Part shown: positions 35,790 through 44,903 of the stretch, piece by piece | Layout of the letters: every line of letters starts with the position of its first letter | How positions within the stretch are numbered: the stretch's first letter is position 1 | IMG/VR virus record: IMGVR_UViG_3300029258_003221 | Span: 1-64,000 of that record | Direction: 5' to 3' (one strand) | DNA: 64,000 bases | Made by a program: the position numbers and the translations under genes | Notes under the pieces: generated by a model | Databases searched by the model: none | What the model saw: only the letters and a program-made list of their open reading frames with translations | Told to the model about the DNA's origin: nothing

Positions 35790-35891
35790 CCCTCCACTCA
35801 AAGTTTGATATTCGATGAACTGACTTCTTAAAGCTTCACTTGAGAGGCCAACCATTTCGATCTTTGGTCCTATTACTTTGTAACTTTCCAT
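35790..35891 (-). pseudogene. 5' half of the gene split by the IS607 element
   Basis: AGGAAAGG RBS; MESYKVIGPKIEMVGLSSEALRSQFIEYQTLSGG, then runs into the element. Confidence 0.8.
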
Positions 35892-36028
35892 TCAATCGCC
35901 TTTCCTTTGTAAATTTCGAATGAATTTTTCAACGCTGAAGGATATGGACGCTTAGGGTCTTGTAAAATTCTTAAACGTATCATTAAAATCAAAAATCCAT
36001 TTTTTAGCTCATCTTTGTTGATGTCCAT
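35873..36028 (-). CDS. Hypothetical protein (51 aa, not in the track)
   Basis: MDINKDELKNG...; AAAGGA RBS. Confidence 0.45.
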   Translation of the reverse strand: MDINKDELKNGFLILMIRLRILQDPKRPYPSALKNSFEIYKGKAIEWKVTK

Positions 36029-36051
36029 TTATCCTTTTAACCTCTTTAAAT

Positions 36052-36240
36052 TTATGAGCCTCTTGAGTTACGGGCGATCAAGTTATCGACCAAAAATTCA
36101 GCGATCTGACCGTTGTCCAACATCACTTTGTAATGTTCTTTGTCATCTATCCAACGGTCTAATACAATTGCATCATGTCGTTCTCTTGGTTCACTATGAG
36201 AGAATGCCACAACATGAGATTTGTCAGCAAATTTGAACAT
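36052..36240 (-). CDS. Hypothetical protein
   Basis: ORF track. Confidence 0.55.
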   Translation of the reverse strand: MFKFADKSHVVAFSHSEPRERHDAIVLDRWIDDKEHYKVMLDNGQIAEFLVDNLIARNSRGS

Positions 36241-36722
36241 TATTCAGCCATTTCTTGAATTTTAAAATTCAACACGTTTTTTCTTTTATACTCCTGAACG
36301 TCCTCGAATGTCATTCCTATGAATTTACCTAAAGGTATGTCGGTCTCCGTCTCAGGATCATCATACTGTAAAATCGATAACTCTAAGTCATCATAGGAAT
36401 ACGTTTCATTAGCTTCGTGATTGAGATTCTTGAATTCGTAAATCATGTTACGCTTCCATTCATCTCTGTTTGTGTTCCCATTCGTGTATGTTAAGATTAA
36501 ATCTGGAGCAGAATAAACATCGATTCTTGCCTTGTCATAGTGGCTTTCAGGCTCTTCATCAAAGAACTTAAGCAACACACGTTTGTTTGGATTGTCAACT
36601 TCCAATTTAGTGACAATCAACTGATTGTTTAGAATGTGTCTAACTGGATTACCCATTTTTCTCGGCCTCTTCAACGGCCATATGATACAAGCCTTCAAAC
36701 CAATTTGTGATCCCGTCGCCAT
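36240..36722 (-). CDS. Hypothetical protein
   Basis: ORF track; true start may be later. Confidence 0.55.
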   Translation of the reverse strand: MATGSQIGLKACIIWPLKRPRKMGNPVRHILNNQLIVTKLEVDNPNKRVLLKFFDEEPESHYDKARIDVYSAPDLILTYTNGNTNRDEWKRNMIYEFKNLNHEANETYSYDDLELSILQYDDPETETDIPLGKFIGMTFEDVQEYKRKNVLNFKIQEMAE

Positions 36723-37035
36723 TCACGACTTCACACAGATAAGTTTCCAGCTTTCCCGCTCGTCTCATCTTGTCTATCACATCATCACACCAAACATCGT
36801 GGTCATCATTTGCCTTTTCAAAAAGGTCAAGGTTGTCAGATGTATGATCCTCCGAGTATTGACATAGTTCTAGTAAGTCCAGCGTGTCTTCATGAACACT
36901 GAATTCTCTTAGGTCTTCACGCTCTTTGGTGGGATAAAGGATTACGTCAGCTTCTCCATCTTTGACCACAAATTCCCAGTATACTGTTACCTTAGACATC
37001 TTTGTTTTCCTTGTTTTGTTCTTTTTTGCTGTCAT
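36649..37035 (-). CDS. Hypothetical protein
   Basis: ORF track. Confidence 0.55.
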   Translation of the reverse strand: MTAKKNKTRKTKMSKVTVYWEFVVKDGEADVILYPTKEREDLREFSVHEDTLDLLELCQYSEDHTSDNLDLFEKANDDHDVWCDDVIDKMRRAGKLETYLCEVVNGDGITNWFEGLYHMAVEEAEKNG

Positions 37036-37174
37036 CTAACAAGATCAACAAATCTCTGATTGACACAACTGCTGAAGCGTTCATCTTCTTAGCCAATTCG
37101 GGGTGATTCATGTCATCAGGGATATTTTCTAGTTTGTCTTTGATATCCACTCCTTGAACTCCTTTTCGTCGCAA
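36992..37174 (-). CDS. Hypothetical protein
   Basis: ORF track; true start probably the internal GTG. Confidence 0.45.
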   Translation of the reverse strand: MRRKGVQGVDIKDKLENIPDDMNHPELAKKMNASAVVSIRDLLILLDDSKKEQNKENKDV

Positions 37175-37219
37175 ACATCGGCCTTAGACAAGTTCTCAGG
37201 GCCGGGCATTGGACGCAGG

Positions 37220-37513
37220 TTAAAAAAGATAAGAGATGTACTTGAAAAGCACAATGATGGCAGAGGGAAGACCTACGAAAAGACAAATGTTTTTTGTCAA
37301 TTCTATGAGGCTTATTTTTTTCAATCCCTTTTCTTGAATTTGAAACTCATAGACCCCATGATCTCGGCGTAATGAATGAAACCATCCTTCTCCTGTACCA
37401 CTCCATTGTTCATGTTGTTGCCGGGTGATTCCTAGTTCTTCTAACGTTGTAATCAACCGATTATTGCCTTGATTTTTTCTCATCTTCCACAAAGCTCTAT
37501 GTAAATCAAACAC
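37220..37513 (-). CDS. Hypothetical protein with a C-terminal TM
   Basis: ORF track. Confidence 0.45.
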   Translation of the reverse strand: MFDLHRALWKMRKNQGNNRLITTLEELGITRQQHEQWSGTGEGWFHSLRRDHGVYEFQIQEKGLKKISLIELTKNICLFVGLPSAIIVLFKYISYLF

Positions 37514-38623
37514 TTATTTCACCTTTGCCGCCTTTCTACGGCACTCTTTGCACCGGGTAGCATAGCCATCGCTCTTAGAACTGTCTACCCCAAACTCTTC
37601 GAACAACTTCACGTCCTTGCATCCATTGCACAACTTCTTACCCTCGGCAGCATAGGGATTTACCTTCTTCCTCTTAGACCTCTTTCCAGCAATGGAGCCT
37701 CCCTCACGCTCACAGATGTAACGACCATTTCGGGCAATGTTCTTCTCGTGGGTCTTCCTGAGAACCGTGTGAGTCTCATTACAAAAATTGCATTCGACTT
37801 CGACAGTGTCTTTGGCAATCTTCTCGTCGTAATGCTTCTTGGCTTTCTTACGATTTAGCTCTTTTCTGTGCTCCACATAATCTACTCCATGGAGTTTACT
37901 CATTTCCTCATCAGCCCATTTGGTTGCTTCTCTGTCATTTTCAAAGCCAAGTTCGGCCTCAGACCATATCTCAAAATCGTAACCATTTCGATCAGCATAA
38001 GTCATGTTATCCATGATTTGAATTTGAACTTTGTGTGACTGAAGCATTCGTTTGGGTTTTACTTCTACCAACTTTGACTCATTGATCAAGAAGTCAGCAC
38101 TTCGATCACGTCCGTCAATTTTGAATCCAATTTGAACTTCGTATGTTTTCACACTGTCGTCTGCTTCTAGCAACAATATGGCCTTGAGTTCATAGGATGA
38201 TTGGAACGGGAAGGTTTTTCCCATTTTCTTTGATTGGTAAACACCTCTTCTGCGGGTGGGCTCAAAGTCATTGTTCCTATGACGTTTTGTTGTCAATCCT
38301 GCAAGGTATTTCTTCAAACGCTTGCCTTCAGGCGTGGCCCACTTTTTGTTAGCTGAATCACGCATTTTCTGTTTTGTTGCTTTGGACCTTTTGTAGCTGG
38401 TCGCTTCGGCAATGCGTTGGCGTCCCTCTTCAGTGTACACACGAGTGGGGATAGCATTTGCTGTGGCACACTTCTGGCAGATGTATTTGCCGTTCTTTTG
38501 GATGTTCTCTTTGGCCTTGAATTTACCGGGATGCTTTGTTGTGCCACATTGTTCGCAATCTATGGAAATGTGATCTTTGGCTCGAACCCCTGCATAGATT
38601 TGCTCAAACTCTTTTACATTCAT
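37514..38623 (-). CDS. TnsA-like PD-(D/E)XK endonuclease with Zn-ribbon and basic helical segments
   Basis: PFQSSYELKAILLLEADDSV...ADFLI...LVEVKP; several CxxC; AGGAG RBS at ATG 38623. Confidence 0.8.
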   Translation of the reverse strand: MNVKEFEQIYAGVRAKDHISIDCEQCGTTKHPGKFKAKENIQKNGKYICQKCATANAIPTRVYTEEGRQRIAEATSYKRSKATKQKMRDSANKKWATPEGKRLKKYLAGLTTKRHRNNDFEPTRRRGVYQSKKMGKTFPFQSSYELKAILLLEADDSVKTYEVQIGFKIDGRDRSADFLINESKLVEVKPKRMLQSHKVQIQIMDNMTYADRNGYDFEIWSEAELGFENDREATKWADEEMSKLHGVDYVEHRKELNRKKAKKHYDEKIAKDTVEVECNFCNETHTVLRKTHEKNIARNGRYICEREGGSIAGKRSKRKKVNPYAAEGKKLCNGCKDVKLFEEFGVDSSKSDGYATRCKECRRKAAKVK

Positions 38624-38650
38624 AGCTTTCTCCTTAATCTCTAACATCGG

Positions 38651-38679
38651 AGAATAGCAGAAATACTTGAGTGAATCAA
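38651..38679 (-). promoter_or_regulatory. Sigma70-like promoter for the TnsA-like gene
   Basis: TTGATT-N17-TATTCT. Confidence 0.6.
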
Positions 38680-38701
38680 GTCCCTTTACAAGTTTTTTGC
38701 C

Positions 38702-38734
38702 AAAACAAAAAGCCTCACCATTTCTGGTGAGGCT
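38702..38734 (-). terminator. Terminator after the major capsid gene
   Basis: agcctcacca-tttc-tggtgaggct; T-rich on the minus strand. Confidence 0.85.
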
Positions 38735-38765
38735 CTTGTTCGTTTCAGTTGCTAAGCAGCTAAGC

Positions 38766-40205
38766 TTAGATGATGAAATTCGCCACGCTCATGCGGGCAT
38801 AGAACTTCGATCCTTCCCTTAACAACTTTTTTCCATACCGAGTCAAGATTCCCTTACGAGGGCAGAAGCTCTCAGGATCAAGCACTACGGGTGTTTGTGT
38901 CAGTGGCACGTAGGGACAGTAGAAATATCCCGAGTCCATGTAAGAATCACCTTTGTATCCCATGAGGATTTGACCTTGTGGGAACAGAGGGTCTTTGTAG
39001 AGACGCCATCTGTTGTTGATCGTACCAACATACTGAATACCAAGACTTGAAGTGAAGGTTTCAGAAGGTGCAGGTGCGAAACCAGCAGTAGCAGTTTCGA
39101 AGATAGAAGCAACTTCAGGGCTTGTGACAAGCCAGTTACATCCGCCTCTGAGCGTCTTACGGTGAACGACGTTAGAGACTTCGACAACCTTGATGTACAG
39201 GGCTTCGTACTTCTCTTTGATAGTGTCACCGAGTGCTGTATTGAAGTCCCAAACAGCGACAGTACCGGCGTTGTTACGCAGGTCAGTCAGAACCTCACGG
39301 TCGATCTCAAGATTGATTTCCTGAGCGAGGACAGCAGTCAATTCTGCCTCTGCATCAAGGTTGTGCTGAGATCGGAGGTCTTGCTGAGCTTCATAAGACC
39401 AGACAGCTTTGAGCTTACGGGTCTTAGCAGCAATTTCTTCAGATTCGACAACCAGATTAACTTCTGGGAGGTCTTGGTTGCATTCCATGTTGTATTCGTA
39501 AGAAACAACAGCGTGGTTTTCACCGGGATCACCGTCCCAAGTGAAGGTCATTTCGCCCGTGGTCAGGTCAATCGATCCGCTTGTAACAGCAGGAGAAGGA
39601 GCAGATCCAACGTTGGAGAAAGTGAAGGTTCCAGCTTCAGACACAACAAATGTCTGGATAGCGGTTGATCCATCATAGATGGTACCAGTGAGAGTACCAG
39701 CAAGGATAGGAGTGTGCTCAAGAGCACCGAAGGTGGAGGTTGTATCGCCACCGGCATCCGTTGTGGTAGTTTCATTCTGCACGAACTGATGCGTGTAGTA
39801 GATTTCCAAGTTTCCATCACCGGAAGCCAACTGCTGGAGTGATGTGCTGTCATCCGATGGGAATCCAGCGTTCAGATCAGCACCTCTCATGGCACCTTTG
39901 TTGCTGGAGTAGCGGAATCGCAGGTAGTACACCAAACCAGTTGGGCCGAGCAATGGTTGCACGGAAACAACTTTGTTTGCGATCAGTTGTGGGTAAATTC
40001 TTCGCACAAGCGGAATAGAAATTCGCTTGAACTGAGCGATGTCACCTGTGTCGGTCATGGTCTCATTGATGAGACGCTGGTTTTCCAGAAGCACAGCGGC
40101 TGTGGAACGTTCAAACCGATCAGAAATGCCATCCAGCATCTGAGTTCGACCCCATTTGGCTTCGATCTTAGCTGCTTCGTTTAGATATTGAGCATTTGCA
40201 TTCAT
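38766..40205 (-). CDS. gp23: Major capsid protein, T4 gp23-like
   Basis: IPLVRRIYP...VQPLLGPTGL...RKLKAVWSYEAQQDL...EINLEIDRE...GYFYCPYVPL...KGILTRYG. Confidence 0.97.
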   Translation of the reverse strand: MNANAQYLNEAAKIEAKWGRTQMLDGISDRFERSTAAVLLENQRLINETMTDTGDIAQFKRISIPLVRRIYPQLIANKVVSVQPLLGPTGLVYYLRFRYSSNKGAMRGADLNAGFPSDDSTSLQQLASGDGNLEIYYTHQFVQNETTTTDAGGDTTSTFGALEHTPILAGTLTGTIYDGSTAIQTFVVSEAGTFTFSNVGSAPSPAVTSGSIDLTTGEMTFTWDGDPGENHAVVSYEYNMECNQDLPEVNLVVESEEIAAKTRKLKAVWSYEAQQDLRSQHNLDAEAELTAVLAQEINLEIDREVLTDLRNNAGTVAVWDFNTALGDTIKEKYEALYIKVVEVSNVVHRKTLRGGCNWLVTSPEVASIFETATAGFAPAPSETFTSSLGIQYVGTINNRWRLYKDPLFPQGQILMGYKGDSYMDSGYFYCPYVPLTQTPVVLDPESFCPRKGILTRYGKKLLREGSKFYARMSVANFII

Positions 40206-40239
40206 TATTGAATCCTCTTTCGTTATTGTTTGTTAGAGT

Positions 40240-41148
40240 TTATTTCTCTTCAGGGGTTACACCTGAGAGGAAAAGAAGGTCGTTCATTTGATCATTTTCC
40301 ATGAGAACGTCTTCTTTCGGTTGTTTGTTATCAGCTTGTGGATTGTTGAATTCAGAAATAATCTGATCGCCATCCGCCACTCTATGTCCACGCCCGCTTG
40401 CTTTCTTTGCACTTTCCGCTCTTTCTTTTCTTTCGGTTTTCACTGATTCAGTGATCATATTTTGCTGTTCTTTAACAGCTTCGTTCAACTTGTTGTTATG
40501 CATAGTCAAACGAGTGTTCTTAGACTCAAGAACTCTCAGGTTAGCTTTAAGGTCATCGATTTGACGCTGTGACTCTTCCAGCTTAGCTGAGGTGACAGAA
40601 GAGTAATCTTCGTCAGAGAGTCGATCAGCGACGATATCGGTGATCTTGTCAAAAGCGACCTTATGTTCAAGAGTGCGAGGATCGTTGAGAACGTCACGCT
40701 TAGCGTGTTCATAGATTTCAGCGTTCTGCAACTGAAGGAACTGATCGACTTTATCGACCATGAAGTCCTTCATATCCTTGAGTTTATTATCAAATTCTTT
40801 GTAGAGTTCGACTTCGATGTTTTCTTTGTCGCCCTTAGCTTCTTCGATCATTTTGTAAGCTTCTTCGAACTGTTCTTCCATGTGGTTTTCAAATTCCTCA
40901 CGTTGCAGTTCCAGACGCTTCTGGAGATCGTCGATGATGGCAAAGGCTTGCTGATAACCGGCTTCACGAGATTCTTCAATCTCCTTCTTTTCGGTTTCGA
41001 GCTGCTCATAGGCTTCGTTCAACTTTGCGTTGTACTCTTCTTCGAGCTTAGCATTGGACTCTGTCATCATGTCTGCGACAGCCTTGGCAACATCTTCCAC
41101 CTGATCTTCTGGGATCAGTTTATTGAGTGCTTCTGTTAATTTATCCAT
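40240..41148 (-). CDS. gp22: Prohead core scaffold, T4 gp22-like
   Basis: Acidic coiled coil between the protease and capsid genes. Confidence 0.75.
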   Translation of the reverse strand: MDKLTEALNKLIPEDQVEDVAKAVADMMTESNAKLEEEYNAKLNEAYEQLETEKKEIEESREAGYQQAFAIIDDLQKRLELQREEFENHMEEQFEEAYKMIEEAKGDKENIEVELYKEFDNKLKDMKDFMVDKVDQFLQLQNAEIYEHAKRDVLNDPRTLEHKVAFDKITDIVADRLSDEDYSSVTSAKLEESQRQIDDLKANLRVLESKNTRLTMHNNKLNEAVKEQQNMITESVKTERKERAESAKKASGRGHRVADGDQIISEFNNPQADNKQPKEDVLMENDQMNDLLFLSGVTPEEK

Positions 41149-41149
41149 G

Positions 41150-41875
41150 TTAGATTAACCCCGACTTTATGGTTTCTGTTTGAGACTTCACAATACCGCC
41201 CAAGCAAGCTATGAGTGCCTCTTTGCTCACATTATTGGTATGTATGTTTGAGTCCTCATTTTTGAGATGAGAATTATTAGATTCCGATTCTTTTTCGATA
41301 ACAATTCCCCGAGAATTGTCTTCGTGTGCTTCATTCCTTGACTTTCGTGTAGTAGTATGTGGTCCAACAACTTTTTGCTGGAAGGCAGCAAAAGTAGAAG
41401 GGTCAGCAACAGCGTCGAAGGTGATAAGTTTATAGCTTTCACCAATAACGAGGATGCCATCTTCGTTTGTTGATCCATTACCAACTCCTCTTGAGGAGAT
41501 GCCGACCTTAACACCATCATTAATGAGTGCTTGAAGCACTCTTCCATTAGGTGTACTTAGGATTTCGCCTTCTCCCATGAGTACATTTCCTTCCCACCAT
41601 AATCTTGTGATAACGTGGGAAGCATCAGCAAAGTGAATAATACTATCTGAAGGGTGATCAAGTTCACCCAGCAGGCGTCGTTCAGCAATTGCTTCCTGTA
41701 AACGTTGCATGTTTTCATCCAAGACGTTGTATGGATACATGCGTTTGTTTTTGTTAACTGCTTCGGCTTCTTGAAATTTACCTCGGAACCTTACTCGTCC
41801 TGAATCACCAGCACTTTCGCAAAGTTCCAAGTTAAATCCTGAATCGTTACAGCTATCAATGAACATAGATTCCAT
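41150..41875 (-). CDS. gp21: Prohead protease, T4 gp21-like
   Basis: NKNKRMYP, LGELDHP, GISSRGVG, FDAVADPS. Confidence 0.93.
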   Translation of the reverse strand: MESMFIDSCNDSGFNLELCESAGDSGRVRFRGKFQEAEAVNKNKRMYPYNVLDENMQRLQEAIAERRLLGELDHPSDSIIHFADASHVITRLWWEGNVLMGEGEILSTPNGRVLQALINDGVKVGISSRGVGNGSTNEDGILVIGESYKLITFDAVADPSTFAAFQQKVVGPHTTTRKSRNEAHEDNSRGIVIEKESESNNSHLKNEDSNIHTNNVSKEALIACLGGIVKSQTETIKSGLI

Positions 41876-41888
41876 TATTTGCTGCTCC

Positions 41889-43745
41889 TTACTTGTTGAC
41901 TACGAGGTCTTTGTTGTCGATGGTTGCCTTGTGGCCCTTGCCACCGACGCCACCTGCTTCTTTAGGAACATATGGGTTTTGCAGTGCTGGCCATGTGTCA
42001 GAAGACTGCCATGATCCGTGGTGCTGTCCAAATGTGTCCTTATCAACGCCCTTTTCTCCCTTCATGGTGTAATCACCGAATGGAGAAGGAACGTAAGGGT
42101 TTTTCAAGCTTGGGAACGTTTCTTTAGAAGTGTTACCCCAGCTTCTGCCTCTCATTTCATCAGCGTGGCTACCTTTGTAGTTCATGCTGTCCTGTCCGAT
42201 GGCTGGTGCAGCGTCACCCCAGTTTCCTGAGAAGTCACTCGAAGGTTTGTAAGAGTGCTTAGCTTTCTTAGCCATATCTGGGTGATCTCCACTCACGGTA
42301 ACGTGAGCATTGTTAGAGACGCTCCAGACGCCTGTTTCCAGATTGGTTTCTACAAGGCTCTTAGACCAAGAAGCAACCTCTTCAGCCAATTCAAGTTCTG
42401 GCTTAGCTTGGTTATTGAGAACAGCAGCGAGATCATTAAGATAGCTTGCCGTTTCGTTCTTGAGAGCGGTATCGCCACGTCGGTCAGCTTTCTTGTAAAT
42501 CTTCTCAAGAGACTCATAGAGATCAGAGAAGACTTTTCTTTCCAGACCGAATCTTTCATCGATAGCTGGGTAGAAGCTTTCAACAACGTGCTGGAAGTAC
42601 AGGTAGTGATCAGCATTATCTTCTTCCAACTTAGGAGCAGAAGCCAAATGCAGAATTTGTTGTACTCGTTCTGTGTGAGCATCATGTGCGGTTCTCAGAA
42701 TGCCTTCGGCCATGAAGGCACATGTGTTATCGTCATAGTTCTTTTCACCAGCGATTCTAAGAGATTCGCCAATAATTTTTGCCAGTTCAGTTTGAGTGAC
42801 ATAAAGAACATTTGGAAATGCTCCGACAATATTTTCGAGGACTTCTTGCAGTGCCTCATTATCAGAAACATTATTTTGTCGTTTGAGATCAACACAAGCT
42901 CGACAGAAGTTTTGGTTCTCACAGAGCGAAGAAGCACCATCACGCAGAACTTTGACGTTATGGTTCAGGGTCTTCCAGTTGAAGTTCAGGACTTTGCCTT
43001 CGTTTCGAACTTTTCTTGTAGGAACTTTAAGTTGTGTAACATTTCCATTTTCATCAGTTTTGGAAACTGATTCAGCCAGAGCTGGTCCAAGTCTCATGTA
43101 CTGAACGTAATCGAGAACATTTTCAGCTACTGTGTAGCATTCAGCGATTTCATTGCCAGCAGCTTTTTCACGACGGATAAGAGCATCTTTCTTATCATCG
43201 TCTTGTTTTTCCTGACTTGGTGATTTTTTATCTTTGTTATGTTCTTCTTCAGATTTCTCTGAGAAGGTTTTGTGATCATGACTGAATGTGTCATCATCTT
43301 TTTTGGGCTCATGATCGATAGCTTTGTATCCGCCCTTTTTGCTATCGGGAACAATTCGCTTTGTTGCTTCCTGCCAATTGAACAGCCCCATGTAGTTTTC
43401 GAGCAGGGATGTTGCTTTGGTGGTATTGTCAACAAGCAAAGCGTCGATCATTTCCGACAGAGTTGACTTCATTTTGTTCTTCTTAGAATCATGATCGACG
43501 ATCAGTTCTTCAATTCCTGAAAAAGTGATATCGTCGTCTTTGACTTCGTATCCTGCGTGAACGTAGGTGCCATCGAGTGTTTCGAACAGTGCCGTTGATT
43601 CATTGAAGCAACGAAGCTTGAGATGGTCTTTTTGTAATGCTTTTGACAGAAGTTCTTCTGCTTCTCGAAGTTCAACTTCAGAGTTCGTAATAGAACCTTT
43701 AGTGATCGAGTCGAAGTCTTCCTGCTTGATGAGATGTCGCCTCAT
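41889..43745 (-). CDS. Large hypothetical protein of the head operon
   Basis: 618 aa; TATAAATA upstream; C-terminal duplicated motif (F/W)P.L.NPYVP. Confidence 0.7.
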   Translation of the reverse strand: MRRHLIKQEDFDSITKGSITNSEVELREAEELLSKALQKDHLKLRCFNESTALFETLDGTYVHAGYEVKDDDITFSGIEELIVDHDSKKNKMKSTLSEMIDALLVDNTTKATSLLENYMGLFNWQEATKRIVPDSKKGGYKAIDHEPKKDDDTFSHDHKTFSEKSEEEHNKDKKSPSQEKQDDDKKDALIRREKAAGNEIAECYTVAENVLDYVQYMRLGPALAESVSKTDENGNVTQLKVPTRKVRNEGKVLNFNWKTLNHNVKVLRDGASSLCENQNFCRACVDLKRQNNVSDNEALQEVLENIVGAFPNVLYVTQTELAKIIGESLRIAGEKNYDDNTCAFMAEGILRTAHDAHTERVQQILHLASAPKLEEDNADHYLYFQHVVESFYPAIDERFGLERKVFSDLYESLEKIYKKADRRGDTALKNETASYLNDLAAVLNNQAKPELELAEEVASWSKSLVETNLETGVWSVSNNAHVTVSGDHPDMAKKAKHSYKPSSDFSGNWGDAAPAIGQDSMNYKGSHADEMRGRSWGNTSKETFPSLKNPYVPSPFGDYTMKGEKGVDKDTFGQHHGSWQSSDTWPALQNPYVPKEAGGVGGKGHKATIDNKDLVVNK

Positions 43746-43812
43746 ATTTATAAACTCCTCAACTTAGATTGGTCGCTTCCAAAGTGTTAGGCACGTTTTT
43801 GTTCCAACTTAG

Positions 43813-43841
43813 CATAAATAGCCAGTGCCTACTTATTTATA
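43813..43841. promoter_or_regulatory. Divergent T4-type late promoters
   Basis: CATAAATA (+, 43813-20) and TATAAATA (-, 43834-41) between divergent genes. Confidence 0.7.
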
Positions 43842-43886
43842 TGGTATGCACCAAGCTCTAATTTTTGATAAGGAAACAGGTTTATA

Positions 43887-44240
43887 ATGCGGACATTTGC
43901 AGCTTACGCCCAAGAACGAGGTCTTAGAGAAGACATTGACGACATCCAAAACCCTGCTGATGGCTTCAAGCTTAATAGGGATGAAGACATGGGACAGGAT
44001 TATGACCATACTTTGACCGAGCTTATCAAAGCGGTTATGACTAAGTATGAACAGGAAACTATGCAGTTTTTACACGGTATTGCAGACCGTGGAGATCAGG
44101 AGGTTGCTGATCTTCTTAGAAAGCTTGACAAAGAGCACAAGCCATCTGAGCTTGAAGAGCCTCGGCACCCCACAGATATAGACAATGAGGTTATTCCACC
44201 TATTGCTGACACGGGTCATTCTGAAACAGGCGGGGACTAA
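43887..44240 (+). CDS. Acidic hypothetical protein with a capsid-targeting-like N-terminus
   Basis: MRTFAAYAQERGLRE. Confidence 0.65.
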   Translation: MRTFAAYAQERGLREDIDDIQNPADGFKLNRDEDMGQDYDHTLTELIKAVMTKYEQETMQFLHGIADRGDQEVADLLRKLDKEHKPSELEEPRHPTDIDNEVIPPIADTGHSETGGD

Positions 44241-44903
44241 TTAGAAAATTTTAGGGCTTGGTGGCGAAAGAATGTGTTTTGCATTCAAATTCAGAGTTTG
44301 AATTAGAAATTCTTGGTTTTGCATAATGAGTTCTGGCTGATAAATCATTGATCCACCAATACGTGGATCGTGTCCAAAGCCCAATTGAGCAATTTTTGGA
44401 TCACATCCTATGAACAGGCAATTTTGGCATCCTGTGAACCACAACATGTAAATTGTGGTTGTTATTGTCCCAAAGCCAGTTGCTATTCGATTACGCTTAA
44501 TGACTTCATCTTTGTCTAACAACCAGTCATATTTTTCGAAGAACCATGGTTCCAGCTTATTGTGAACCTGTGCATCTACTGTGACAGCCTTACCTTTGGG
44601 TCTATGTTTGGCTATCATAATATCTTGGTAATCAGGTCCGGTATCATCCAAAAATTGTGCTTGAACATAGATTGTTACAGGATCAACCTCTTGAAATTGA
44701 GGTCTCATGCCCAAATGATGTGAAAAGAAGAGCTTATGGGGACTTGGGCAAAGATGTTCATATTGAACGGTATCGTTAATGAAAAAGATTGGATCATTGA
44801 TATCTTTGATGTCTTTTTCGTAATCAAACAGGGTTGGTCCGCTTCCTAAGACGTAAACTGTATCTGATGTGAATTTGTTTTTGAGATCATTTAATGTCAG
44901 CAC
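44241..44903 (-). CDS. DUF115/Maf-like (GT29/GT42-fold) CMP-sugar transferase candidate
   Basis: VYVLGSGPTL, IFFIND, LWFTGCQNCLFIGCD; overlaps kdsB. Confidence 0.65.
   Translation of the reverse strand: MLTLNDLKNKFTSDTVYVLGSGPTLFDYEKDIKDINDPIFFINDTVQYEHLCPSPHKLFFSHHLGMRPQFQEVDPVTIYVQAQFLDDTGPDYQDIMIAKHRPKGKAVTVDAQVHNKLEPWFFEKYDWLLDKDEVIKRNRIATGFGTITTTIYMLWFTGCQNCLFIGCDPKIAQLGFGHDPRIGGSMIYQPELIMQNQEFLIQTLNLNAKHILSPPSPKIF

Larger units (their letters stand above)
31203..35791 (-). mobile_element. IS607-family element (about 4.6 kb) with five ORFs, including cargo between tnpA and tnpB
   Basis: GG cores at 35791-35790 and 31204-31203; AAA(T/C)CTACGG-like subterminal repeats at both ends; the empty site restores an ORF. 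Confidence 0.85.

Noticed and set aside
35705-35791. IStron (group I intron fused to IS607)
   Set aside because: Only about 85 nt between the left end and the first ORF; no room for a ribozyme
38900-43767. Numerous alternative-frame and antisense ORFs over the head genes
   Set aside because: Shadows of strongly biased gp23/gp22/gp21/618-aa genes
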